Positions 25,831-42,646 of a DNA stretch of 64,000 bases are shown here, in pieces. Within the stretch, counting starts at the first letter, position 1. Each line of letters begins with the position of its first letter. Both the position numbers and the translations under genes were made by a program. The notes beneath the pieces are model-generated. The model searched no databases. It worked only from the letters and a program-made list of their open reading frames with translations, and had not been told where the DNA came from. The stretch is taken from contig MCFH01000049.1 of assembly GCA_002104945.1 (NCBI GenBank), forward strand, positions 357,780 to 421,779, read 5' to 3'. This DNA is from Piromyces finnis finn (Eukaryota; Fungi; Neocallimastigomycota).

Positions 25831-28800
25831 AGTATGATTTTGAGTTGGTTATCCAAAATGCAAAAATATATAATGCACCTGAAACTATATATTATCGTAC
25901 AGCAGATAAAATTTCGAAAATTGGAACAAGATTAATAGAAAAAGAAATTAATACAATAAAAAATATAAAAGAAAAAAATCAATTATACTATCAAGAATTA
26001 AGAAAAACAAAGCAAAATAAATCCGCAACAAATATACCAGAAAAAGCAAATTCAAATTTAGATACTCCTAAAAATACATTGACAGGCACAAAATTAGAGA
26101 ATGTAATTATATTAATAAAAATATTATATAGCATATTTTATGATATTTACTAATAATGATTAACTTTTAATATATTTTTACATATTCTATTTTCATAATT
26201 TAATAAATATTGAAATAGGCTACAATATCTCAAGCAAAAAGTAATTAAAATAAATATAAGAATTAGTATAATATTATAATTGTTTATGCTAATTAATTTT
26301 TATTTAATTATTTTTAATTATTTTATATATTAGGGAAAAAATCGAAGAGGAAGAGGAAAGAGAATCCTGAATTATCTCCCTTTGAATCAGATGGAAGTTT
26401 AAATTCTGTAAATATAAAATATAAAGTCAATATGTTTGATCAATATTTAGATAAATATAGACAAATATGCCCATTATCTGAGCAACAATACCATTTCTCT
26501 AGTTAGTAGCAAAAATATTTAAGTTAAAATTTAAAAATAAGATTTATTTGAATTAATAATAATAATATATTTCAATTTTTTTTTATTAATTATAATGATA
26601 ATTATAGTTGCTTATGATGAATTTGAGGCATATGGGTCAAGTAGGAGAGAAAACTTCATTCCTCATTACAAGTCTTTTAAAGATTCAACACGTTTTCATA
26701 TACCATTGTCTGAATTATCAGCTATACCAAGTTCGAGTAATTTTTATCAATCACAGGGTTTAAGAGATAGTCATCAAGTAAAATTAAATTTTGCGTATGG
26801 TGATATTTTAGGAAATACATATGTAAAAAGTTTAGAACGTTTCACTGAGAATATGAGTGATTCTATAAAAGATTTTGTATTTGAATATATTGATGCAATT
26901 ACTGAAGGTGGCCATTCATTAGCAAAGGCAACGGAGTACTTAATGGATAAGAATTCAAGTGTGATAGAAAATTTTATTCCACCATCTAAAAAAATTAAAT
27001 TGAATCCTTATTTCAGTGAAAATTCAATAAGTAAGAAACAAATAAGTGAAAAGGAAAATAAAGAAATACTTAATCAAAATAATTCTAATATTATTAATAA
27101 TAATATACCATTACAATTAACTCCATATGAAATAAAACAAATTGAAAATATTATTAATAATATTATAGTTAAGAAAAATTATGAATATGAACAAAGAGAA
27201 ATTGGAATGATAGAAAGCATTATTAGAGATAATCATATAGATTATTTATCAGTAATTAAAAAGGAAGAAATATCTACTATTATTAAGGATATAATTTCAA
27301 AACATAGTAGAATGAATATTGATATAAATAATAAGTTAGTATCTGATAAATTAATAAAAGATTATATTGAAAGCAATATTATTGAATTGAAGTTATATCA
27401 AGAGATGAAATTTAATGGAAGTAATCATGATTTAAAAAAAGAAGCACAGTTAGAGTATAATATACAGAAGAGATTTTTAGAGATATTGAATATTTCGTCA
27501 AATAATGGAATTGATAAAATAAGTAGAAATAATGAACTTCAAATTAAAAAGTTGGAACAAGATATTTTATTAAAAAAGAAACTAGAACAGGAAAACATTA
27601 GAAAACAACAAGAATTACAAAAGCAAATATTGGAACAAAATAAAACAAAGCAAAAAGAGAAACAATTAGAACAACAATTATTATTAAGAAAATGTCTAGA
27701 ACAACAACAAAAAATTAATGCTAATCAACTTACCCAATTTAATTTAAAGGAAGAACGTAACCCAAATTTAAAAGATCAACAAGAAAAATTAATGATGTTG
27801 AATCATCAGCAATTTTTAAAATCTTTTCAGGTTAATGATTCAAAATTATCAGAAACAAAAATGAAAAATAATCCTTTATTTGATCAGTTGAAAAGCAAGC
27901 AACAACAGCAGCAACAAAGCTCATCACAAATAAAACCTATTTCACAGATATCAACTTCGCAAGATAAAAAACCTAATAGTAATTTTTCAAATTTTTCCTA
28001 TGGAAATTTATTAAATAATGGAAAAGGTGTTAATAATATAACATCCAATGTATCAACATCAAATATTTCATTAAATAATTTAAATTTTATGTCTCAACAA
28101 CAGCAATTATTATTACAACAACGGTTAAAAAATTATTTACAAAATCAACAAGGAAGAAAATTGACATCTTCTCATTCTTTATTGCCTAATTCGAAATTGG
28201 GTGTTAATACATCATCCGCAACAATAGTTCCATCAACAAATTCTATAGATATTAATTCAAATAACTCTAATATAAATTCATTAGTAACTAATCAAAGAAT
28301 TTCACCAGTTTCATCAACAAATATTGCATCCATATTAGCAGCATCAAGTCAAAAACTGAATAATTCCAACATATTATCTTCACAAAATATTTCATCAATA
28401 ATATCTAATAATAAAAATATACTATCGGATAAAGCTAAAGCTAATTTATTATCTACTAAAAATAAAAATGATTTTTCATCTCCATATGGATCTGTTAGTC
28501 AAAGTTTACCTTCTTCACAAGCATTCTCTAATTATTCTTCATTAATTGCTTCAAATCAAAAATTATCAAATACTTCATTATTAGCTAATGATCTTAAATT
28601 AAAAACAAAAACTAATCCAGCAACATCTCTAGCAAATAATTTAAAGTTATCCATTACTCAATCAGTACCTGATTATTCCTCTTTATTAACCTCAAAACCT
28701 ACTATAGTTTCAACTTCCAATATTTCTTCTCTTTTATCTTCATCTAATACTAATGATATTAATAAATTGCCTTCAACGTCATCTTCCTTAACAATAGGTG

Positions 28801-29846
28801 ATAAAAAACAATCACAAAAACAAGGTTCAATTCCAACCAGTATCCCAACAACTCAAACTTTATTGAATTCAAAATCGAAGAAATTACCAATAGATATTGA
28901 TTTATCCCATATATTAAATACAACTTCATTCCCAACAACAACAACAACAACAACAAAATCAACATCAATTATGAAAGATACTAAAATACCAACAACCCAA
29001 TCATTAGAGTCTAATCTTTCAGCACTATTATCTAATACCAATAATGCAAATTCATCTAAGATTCAATCGAGTTCAAATTTATCTAATTTAAATCCTAAAA
29101 GCAAGTTAAATAATAATATACCTACAGCTCAACTTGGTCCAGATTTTTCTTCTCTTCTTATATCTAAAACCAAACCACAATCAACATCATCTTTTCCAAC
29201 GACTCAATCTGGTCCAGATTTTTCATCTTTATTTGATGCAACAATTGTTCCTTCAACTCAATCATTAAACGATATTATGAATTCCAAAAAAGTTGTAGCA
29301 ACAACAAACCCACCATCTCTACCTACAGTAGATTTATCAAGTATAGATAATAATCAAAAACTAATGAATGATTCTTCAGTAACATCAAAATTTTCTTCAT
29401 TATTATCCACAAAATTGACGAAGACTCAACCTGATTCTAGTTTTAATAATTTATTGAGTAAAAGTAAATTAACAAATGATTATTCATCACTATTAGGTAT
29501 TAATACATCAATTTCTCCAACAACAACAACAACAACTCCTGATATTTCAATGTTACTACCAAATTCTGGAATTGGATCATCATCAATTGTTTCTTCTTCC
29601 TTGTCTCAATATTTATTGTCAGCATGTAATACATCTTTACCTCCCTCAACTAGTTTACCTCAACAACTATCATTATTGAATAATTCAAATATAGTTGGCT
29701 CATTACAAACACCATCTTCACAGCAAAATTTAACAAATACATTTTTAGCAAATAATTCTATATCCTCAACATCTAAAACAACTAAGGAAAAGTCAAACTC
29801 CAAAAATCCACAATTGCCAACTTCTTCAATTTCATCTTTTTTTTAA
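23944..29846 (+). CDS. Bromodomain protein, BRD7/BRD9-like, with acidic N-terminus and long S/N/Q/T-rich C-terminus (about 7 exons)
   Basis: Bromodomain KDVYGIFHEPVNTSIVTDYAQIIKNPMDFGTM...DFELVIQNAKIYNAPETIYYRTA. The downstream YGDILGNTYVKSLERF...IDAITEGGHS resembles the BRD7/9 DUF3512 segment. Start and small internal exons are less certain. Confidence 0.75.
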
Positions 29847-30123
29847 TCTTGTAAAGATTGTTATAAATAAATGCTTATCTAATTAAATATTATTTTTTTT
29901 AATATAAATATGTATAATCCTGATAATCCTGATATGTTGTTTATAAACAATTTTTTTATCAGAAAATACTTTGTTAATATTAATTATCGTTTCATATATA
30001 TATAATATTATTTTATTTTATTTTTTTTATTTTTTTTAATTGTTCTTATCAATATTTTTCCTTTTTTTTTTTTTTTTTCCTTTTAACAAACAAATTAAAA
30101 CAAACCAAATCAAGAGCGAAACA

Positions 30124-30154
<31 letters not shown>

Positions 30155-31565
30155 GAATTATAAACTATTTGTTATAAAATTATTTTGTATGAATTAATTT
30201 TATTTCAATATAAATAATTATCTTTATAAAAAAGTAAAACTTAATTATTATAACACATATGCCATAAAAAAAAATGCAATAAAAAACTAAAGAAAAAATA
30301 ATTTATATCATTTTAAATATAGTAATAATATAATAAGAATGGATGTCAAAATAAAAGCTGTAATATGTTGTTACTTTTATATTCCTTTTTTATTAGAATT
30401 TTCATATATTTATTTTTTATATTTTTTTTTTTTACCTTTTAAAGAAGAATATTTTTTAATTAAAATTTTGATACATTATTTAAATTAAGTAATTTTTTTA
30501 AGGTTATTAAATCATTAAATATATAATATATAAATTAATAATTATATATTATTATAAGGCTTGATACAAAAAATTTATTATCATTTTTTTAAATTAAATT
30601 AGAAATATTTTATTAATTGTGGCTTAAAATTCATCATGTTTAAAGATATTCATAGTATTAAATACCTAATATAATTTTTTATATACATCAACATTATTTT
30701 AATATATTTACATATATATTATACTATTATTAAATTGAATATTTATTTTATAATTCAAAAAAAAAAAAAAAAAAAAAACATCACTTTTGTTTGTAATTAC
30801 AGAATTGTAAAATAAGAAGGTATAGGATTGAATATATAATAATAATAAAAAACATTTTTTAAACTTTGTATTTCTTTAAAAAAATGAATAAGCAACTTAA
30901 GTTTATACCAATGCGAATATATTAATTCTCACTTAAGCGAGAGTAATATATTTTAAACTCTTTTTTTTTAAATATTATCCAATAAAAAATAAACTTTTAT
31001 GTTTTAACTGTACTCTCAATATAAATAGTATTTATAAATATTTTATAAGGAATTTTATTTAAAGACTTATATAAATGTAGTTCGAGTGATACTATAAAAT
31101 TACATGCATACATTCATACATACATTCATACATGCATACATTTATTTTTAAAGCGATATATGCAAATTCAATTTTTATGACCAAATCAAATTTGAAATTT
31201 TACTTTTAATTAATTCATCAATTTTTCCTTTTTTCTTTTCGGCTAAAAATGATTATTTATGATGTTAAAGGTGTTATTAATATAATTTCATTATAGTTTT
31301 CAGTAAAACATATTCATTAACTATAAACTATCCATATAAACCAATAATTAATTAATATAATTATTTGATGTGTTCAATCCAAAAGAATAAAATATTAAAT
31401 ATTAAAAGTTATATACAACAATAAAAATGTTAAATGTTTATTTATCATCATAATATCATATAATTATACATATTTGTTATTTATTTATTTAGTAGTATTA
31501 TATATCATTTATTTTTTTAAATTAAAAATTATAATTAACTCCTTTTTATTTTGGTTCATAGCATC

Positions 31566-35530
<3,965 letters not shown>

Positions 35531-38500
35531 CATTATTAATATACATTCCAATATATACCACATCATAAAACAATACTCTTAATCTTAACCAATTTAATTA
35601 TCATTCCCCCTTTTTTTTTGTAATATTTTCTTATTATTTTGAAGCAGTACTTGTTATAATATTTTATTTTTTTATTTTATTTTTTTTTTTTAAAATTATA
35701 TATTTTACCCTATTATTTCTATTATTCTTTTAATTCATCTTTTTTTCATCATTTGTTCTTTTTTATATACAGTGTATACATTATATATATTGTTTTCTAT
35801 ATATTTATAAAGATTTAAAATTATATTAATATATTTACTATTATTTTTTGGATGATAATGGTAATCTACAGATAGATTGTTATTCATGCAATGAATGATT
35901 TTTTAATAATGAATCACCACACATATATAATAATGCTATAGAAAAGAACAAAAAAATATATATGTATATATTTTATTTTTTAATGAGCTCATTAAAAAAA
36001 AGCAAGCAAGCAAACAAACAAACCAAAAAAACAAAAAACAAAAAACAAAAAAAAAAAAAAAAAACAATCAAAAAAAAAAAAAAATATTGTAACATTTACA
36101 AAAGTAAAGAAAGAAAATATTTTATTATTATTATTATTTTTTATTTTTTATTTTTTAAAATGATAATAATAATATTTAATTTTTTTTTTTTTTTTTTTTT
36201 ATAAAGTAAATAATGATAATCGTATATTAAATAAGATCAGAATAATTTTTCATTGTATTTCCCATATCTATAAATATTTATATCTTTTTATAGACTTTAA
36301 AAAAGAATTTTTTTTTTTATTAATATATATTTTAATACATTAAATTAACAAAATTTTATTTTTTCAAGTCAATTCAATTCCTATAAAATATATATACATA
36401 CCTGCAACATCTACTAAAAAAAAAAAAAAAAAAATCAATGAATTATCATCAAATAATAATGAATTCGGTAAATGATAGATATATGATAACAATCATAAAA
36501 AAAAAAAAAATCAATTATAATAAATACTACTTTTACTACTACTACAACAACTACTACCAATAATTGATTTTGCAATAAAGTATATATAAATTTTAAGCGA
36601 TAAAGTATCAATAGAATAAAAATAAAAATAAAATGAAATAAATGAAATAAGTAAATAAATAAAATAAAATAAAAAGAAATAATTATCCTACAAAATAATA
36701 AATCTATAATTAATATAATAAATATATAATATAATTAATATAATATATATAAATAAAAAAAAATAAAAATAAAAATAAAAATAAAATAAAATACTACTAC
36801 TACTACTACTACTACTTCTTCTAATAATAATGTTAAAAGAATCATCATTTTTCTAATAATTCCTTTTTTATTTTATTATTATTATAATTTTTTTCTTATC
36901 ATGGAAGAAGCAATTAAAAACAAAAATTATTTTATTGTTGAAAAAATAGAAACATAAATTTAACCATACTGGAATTTTTTTTTTTTTTTTTACTTTATAT
37001 TTCATGTGATGATGATGGATATAAAAACAAAACAAAACAGGATAAATTTTAAATAGTAATGAACACTATAATAATCCTTAAATTTAAAAAATACTTGGAA
37101 AAAACTTTTTAATGGCAAGATTTTTTTTTTTTAGAATAGTCTTTTTTTCACTTTTGACTTACTTTAATATATATATATATATTTTATTGATAGTATATAA
37201 CTATTTATTTTTTTTCCACCATTATATAGGTATAGTTAATTTTCATATAGAAGGGCTATATAAATGAATTTTATTTTTGGAATTTTAAAAAATAATAAGA
37301 ATAAAAATGTTTTTTTTTTTTTAATTTTTTCATTTTCGATATACATCAAACATAAATTTAAGAATAATATATTACTGTAGACGAGGATTTTATTTAAATT
37401 AATAATAGGATTATTATGATTTACTATATACTTGCTCTCTTTCTTGTAAAGTACTTGTCTGATAATTATATAAAAGAAAATCAAGGTGTAGCTAACGTTA
37501 GTCATAACGACTTTACAAGAATTTGGGTCAATTTTTTTTAATTAAATATTTGCACCCATATTACTTAAAAATTCAGCTAGAGATAATCCAATATTTATTA
37601 TAGCATATATCAATGAAATTTGTTTTTTTTTCTTTTTAAAGAGTTTTCTATATTAATAAAATTAAGAATATTTTTTTTTATTTTATTTTCTTAGAGTCAG
37701 ATTTATATGTTAATGAATGATTATTTTATTATAACATAATATTTATCTTATCGATATTGCTATAGACTATGGTATCATCAATAATTGAATTTTTATTAGT
37801 ATTCCGATCTTTGAAAGGAAAATTGTTTTCACGTTTCACATTTTATTTTACATATATATATATATAAAATAAAGAAACATAAAGCATAATTTTTTTCTAT
37901 TCAAGCTCATTTACCATTTTTTGTTTCAACAAAAATATAGAAATTTTTGCTTTAAATCCAATAATTCTTATATCAATACCGTTTAATCAATTCAAATTTT
38001 GTATTGTACTAACTTCTTAACCACCACCATCCATTGTAATTTCGTTAGATAAAAAAAATTAAAATTACGAAGATCTCGTTATAGGTGTTATAGGTTGGTA
38101 ATTTAGTAATTTAGTAGTAAACATTTTTTATAAAAAACAACAACATAATAATTAAAAATTTCTATAAATTAAAAAGAAAAATAGATTCTTATGTAACATT
38201 GTGGAATAACAGTATTCATTTTAATAGAAAAAAATATAGTCACTGAATTCATTTTTAAAAATAATAATAATAATAATAAAATAGCCTACAAAAAAAAAAG
38301 TAATTTGATTTATTGAAAAAATGAAAGAAAAATAATTATAAATATTAAAAATAGAATTCTAGAATTGTTAACACCATTTTTTTAAAAATGAAGATAGTTT
38401 GACACTTTAATATTAAAAATAAAAATAAATACAAAAAAAAAAAAGAATTTTTTCCTTAAATTATAATAAATATTTTTATTTATTTATCAATGGATCGTAA

Positions 38501-38619
38501 ATAAATATAATTAAAGTTTTTATCAAAATTGCTCTTTTTCGTTTAGAATCTAATAGATATTAATTGGATTTTATAAATATAAGTATATTATTTTAATTTT
38601 TAATAAATATTATCATATC

Positions 38620-40440
38620 TTAAAATAAATAAATAATAGATAATAAAATAGCAAAAATAAAAGAATAGGTAATTTTAATAGAAGTCATAGAGCCACTCTT
38701 TTCAGCTAAGGTATGAATGGCATCACAATCTTTCTTTTTGTAGTAATTAGTGAATTCTTCCCAGTCTTTAACTTCAGAACTACCAGTAAGCTTTAAAAGT
38801 TCAACTAAACTGAGGAAACGCTTGTTACATTCAGTAATTTTACAATCATCTGTTAATTCATGGTAGAATTCATGTTCGTGGTCTTCATCAGAATGGCTGT
38901 GGTCATGATCATCTTTACTTTCATCATGAGAGTGAGTCGTACCACTAAGATCAGCAATAATATCTTCAACAGAGGAAGATTCTGGGAAGAAAGTTGGCCA
39001 ATTGTTTTCTAAATCAATGTCATCCCAACTAGTACTACTGGAACGAAGATGGAAATGAGCTGCTTTAGCTGGAGCAATCATATGGTCATTGAATTCAACG
39101 TAAATTGGAGCACCAGAATTCTTATCCTTGGCAACAAATTGGTAAAGGACACCTCTTGTACCACCAGACCAGTCAACAATGAATGGACCCTTGTGTTCAT
39201 ATTCAGAACTAGCAATTTTACCATCGTCGTATACAAAAGTAATTCTATTATCTTTAATAATAACTCTGCTAATGTTACTCTTATAACCCTTTTCATAGTA
39301 ATCCTTGTATTCAGCAGCAGTCTTATCACCTTTATCTTTAGCCTTAGCTTCGAAAGCTGGATCTAATTGACCAGAAAGAACTAATTGATATGGTGATTTC
39401 CAATCCCCTTCCCAATCAGAGAGTTGTCTATCCTTAACTTCTTCATCCTTGAAAGTGGAAACGCTATTACCATGATCGTGGTCATGATCATCTTTACTTT
39501 CATCATGAGAGTGAGTCGTACCACTAAGATCAGCAATAATATCTTCAACAGAGGAAGATTCTGGGAAGAAAGTTGGCCAATTGTTTTCTAAATCAATGTC
39601 ATCCCAACTAGTACTACTGGAACGAAGATGGAAATGAGCTGCTTTAGCTGGAGCAATCATATGGTCATTGAATTCAACGTAAATTGGAGCACCAGAATTC
39701 TTATCCTTGGCAACAAATTGGTAAAGGACACCTCTTGTACCACCAGACCAGTCAACAATGAATGGACCCTTGTGTTCATATTCAGAACTAGCAATTTTAC
39801 CATCGTCGTATACAAAAGTAATTCTATTATCTTTAATAATAACTCTGCTAATGTTACTCTTATAACCCTTTTCATAGTAATCCTTGTATTCAGCAGCAGT
39901 TTTATCACCTTTATCTTTAGCCTTAGCTTCGAAAGCTGGATCTAATTGACCAGAAAGAACTAATTGATATGGTGATTTCCAATCCCCTTCCCAATCAGAG
40001 AGTTGTCTATCCTTAACTTCTTCATCCTTGAAAGTGGAAACACTATTACCATGATCGTGATTATGAACTTCTTCAACACCAAAGTCTTCTAATAAATGAC
40101 CGGAAATTGGACAAATACTTCCATTACTGTCAGTAGCACAGTACTTTAAGTAAGCGATTCTCATATTTAAAATAGTTAATGCATCTTTCTTTTCTTCATC
40201 ATTTTTAATATCACATTCACTAGAAGTGTTAATGGCATCAGCAATGAAGGAATTACAATCCTTACTTTTAAATTTGTTACATAAGGTTTGAATATCATTA
40301 CCATTTTCTGAAGTAAGTAATTTTGAATCAATTGATGAAATACAAGTATTATATTTTTCTAATTCACTTGTACAATTAGATGAATGAGCCAAAACAGCAT
40401 TGATGGCTATTAATAAACCACTTAATAATTTAAATTTCAT
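38620..40440 (-). CDS. Secreted, probably GPI-anchored protein with two tandem ZinT (YodA/AdcA C-terminal) zinc-binding domains and His-rich linkers
   Basis: Signal peptide MKFKLLSGLLIAINAVLA (ATG at 40440). Two copies of FKDEEVKDRQLSDWEGDWKS...YKDYYEKGY...FNDHMIAPAKAAHFH...NWPTFFP. C-terminal SGS plus hydrophobic tail. Intronless. Confidence 0.88.
   Translation of the reverse strand: MKFKLLSGLLIAINAVLAHSSNCTSELEKYNTCISSIDSKLLTSENGNDIQTLCNKFKSKDCNSFIADAINTSSECDIKNDEEKKDALTILNMRIAYLKYCATDSNGSICPISGHLLEDFGVEEVHNHDHGNSVSTFKDEEVKDRQLSDWEGDWKSPYQLVLSGQLDPAFEAKAKDKGDKTAAEYKDYYEKGYKSNISRVIIKDNRITFVYDDGKIASSEYEHKGPFIVDWSGGTRGVLYQFVAKDKNSGAPIYVEFNDHMIAPAKAAHFHLRSSSTSWDDIDLENNWPTFFPESSSVEDIIADLSGTTHSHDESKDDHDHDHGNSVSTFKDEEVKDRQLSDWEGDWKSPYQLVLSGQLDPAFEAKAKDKGDKTAAEYKDYYEKGYKSNISRVIIKDNRITFVYDDGKIASSEYEHKGPFIVDWSGGTRGVLYQFVAKDKNSGAPIYVEFNDHMIAPAKAAHFHLRSSSTSWDDIDLENNWPTFFPESSSVEDIIADLSGTTHSHDESKDDHDHSHSDEDHEHEFYHELTDDCKITECNKRFLSLVELLKLTGSSEVKDWEEFTNYYKKKDCDAIHTLAEKSGSMTSIKITYSFIFAILLSIIYLF
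38899..40059. repeat. 579-bp tandem duplication encoding the ZinT domains
   Basis: Offset 579 bp. Only two substitutions seen (39322/39901 and 39462/40041), both synonymous. Confidence 0.93.
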
Positions 40441-41345
40441 TTTTTTTTTTTTTAAAATAAATAAAATTATTAAATAAAGAATGTATGATATTGAAAAAAA
40501 AGTTTCCTTTTTTTCCCTTTTTATACTTTTTTTTTTTTTTTGTAGATAGACACACATAACATAATATAATCTCTTTTTTTAAATTTCATTAATTACAAAA
40601 ACGCAATTCTTTCGTATCCATTGTAAATTTTAATTTAATTAGGATGGTCTCATTTGTGTAAAACTTTAAATTTACAATTCTTCATCATTCAAATAGTAAA
40701 ATTGCAAATTTAAAGTTTCTTATGGTTACACACATTATTTATATTTAATAAAGTTTAAGTAACAAAAAAATACAGAAAAATAAAAATACAGTTGTGAAAG
40801 ACAGCAGTGGATGACTCCATTAAAACAATCTAAAATACTATTTTTATATTTTAGTATAATTAATAATGTATAAAAGTGAAGCTTTGATCTCTTAGAGATA
40901 CACCTTTTTTTCTAAGTAATTTGTACTATTTTTTTTTTTTTTTTTAAAATTTATCTTTCTTTATTTCATCTTAATTAGGTTTAGCAAAAAATATTAAATA
41001 GCATCATTAATTATATTGATTGTATTAGATACAAGAACAGAAAAACTTACTAGAATACCTCTATCGTATCTGTAAAATATCAATACTCTAAAGTATTCTA
41101 CCACTAACCCTATAAAAGGAAGGATGAAGAATAAAAAAAAAAGATTGTTGTATCTGAATATAAAATAATGTGTATTTTTATTATAAAAATATATGAAATT
41201 ATTTTTTTTTATTGTAAAGAAAACACTATTGTTTTATTATAATTTATTAACATAATAATTTAAAAAAAACACTTTAATAAAATAATTATATAAAAAAAAA
41301 CTATTCATACAATGAAATAACCTTTTTTTATTTTTAAAAATTATC

Positions 41346-41488
41346 AGAATATGTGAAACTATGTATTGAAATGTATCGAAATGGTATGAAACGTATTTGC
41401 ATGTATTGCATTTGATTAGATGTTTATACTACAATGTAAATGTATAAATACATATAGTTTGAATAGAATGTAATGTTAAGTAGTTCTT
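41346..41488. repeat. Dispersed ~145-bp repeat, copy 1 (copy 2 at 58118-58268)
   Basis: Shared AGAATATGTGAAAC...AAACGTATTTG...ACAATGTAAATGTATAAATACA...AAGTAGTTCTT with many substitutions. Confidence 0.7.
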
Positions 41489-42402
41489 AGAATATAATAA
41501 TAACTAGAATAATAATAGCAGTCGATATGAAACCAATATATCTAGTTAAACATACTAGTCTTTATTAATAATAATTTTCACTATTTAAAGTATTGCAATA
41601 ATTCCTGTTGAAAATTTTATAATAAAATAATTTGTAGTTCCAATAGATATTATATGTATGTATTTATAACACTTTATTCGTTAAACATTGTCATATTTTA
41701 TTATATTCTTAAATATATTAACCAATATTCTATTCATTTTTGTATTCCTTATTAAATATTTTGTTATTTTATTGTTAAGATTAATTATTTTACTAATAGT
41801 TTATTAAAACATAAAAGTAAAAAAAGTTATATTAACCTATTGTTTTTATATATTCTAAGCATTAAGTATATACAGTTGATAATAATTAAAAATTTTAAAC
41901 TATAAAACTATTACTAAAAATACAATAAAATAGATTAATTAGTTTATAAAGGTGAATTGAATAGTAAAAGAAAGAGATCTTTAAAGAACAATTTTCACCT
42001 AATATAATATTAAATAAAACTAAAATTAAAGGTTTTCAAAATAAAAAAAAAAAATCTATATCACAACCATAAACGTTCTTTTATTCATTTATGTCATTAT
42101 AAACGTACGTAACTAATGGATTGATATATGTTTCTTTTATGTTGTCATTTAATATTAGTATATTTATAATTTATTATATTAGGTGAAAAATATTTTTTTA
42201 TTATAATTAATTCTTCTTTCTAAATAATTTCTTATTTTGTTTTATTATTAATTATTAGAATCTGATATAACTCGGTTCAATACAATTTTATTTTTAAGGG
42301 TTTTTGTGATTAAATACTAAATTTATTAATAATATATTTTTAATACAAGATGTGGTTTTAATAATTCATATTTTTCATAATCTATACTAAATATTTAAGA
42401 AT

Positions 42403-42632
42403 TGTTAAACATTAATAATTTAACTTAAATCTAGAAATATGTAGAATAGAATAGAATTATGTATTACTAATATATTTAGTCATAGAATATTCTCATGATA
42501 AATAATACGCCACAATCCTTAGTATAAATAGAGAATAAATTTATGAACTATTTATGTACTTTGTAATTACCTTTTTATTAATAATATTAATAAATAAAGT
42601 TTATATTAAAAACAATATTATAAATTTTCTCA
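42403..42632 (+). repeat. Copia 5' LTR
   Basis: Starts TGTTAAAC, ends TTCTCA, matches 53887-54116. Confidence 0.96.
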
Positions 42633-42646
42633 GATTAAGAGTCTCA
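42633..42646 (+). promoter_or_regulatory. Copia primer-binding site complementary to the tRNA-Lys(CUU) anticodon arm (half-tRNA type)
   Basis: GATTAAGAGTCTCA directly after the LTR. Its reverse complement TGAGACTCTTAATC contains GACT-CTT-AATC, the recalled eukaryotic tRNA-Lys(CUU) anticodon stem-loop. Confidence 0.7.

Noticed and set aside
39049-39945. Paired 105-aa and 83-aa ORFs
   Set aside because: They are alternative-frame shadows of the duplicated ZinT domains.
40441-40557. N-terminal extension of the ZinT ORF
   Set aside because: It is homopolymer-rich upstream sequence. The signal peptide begins at the ATG at 40440.
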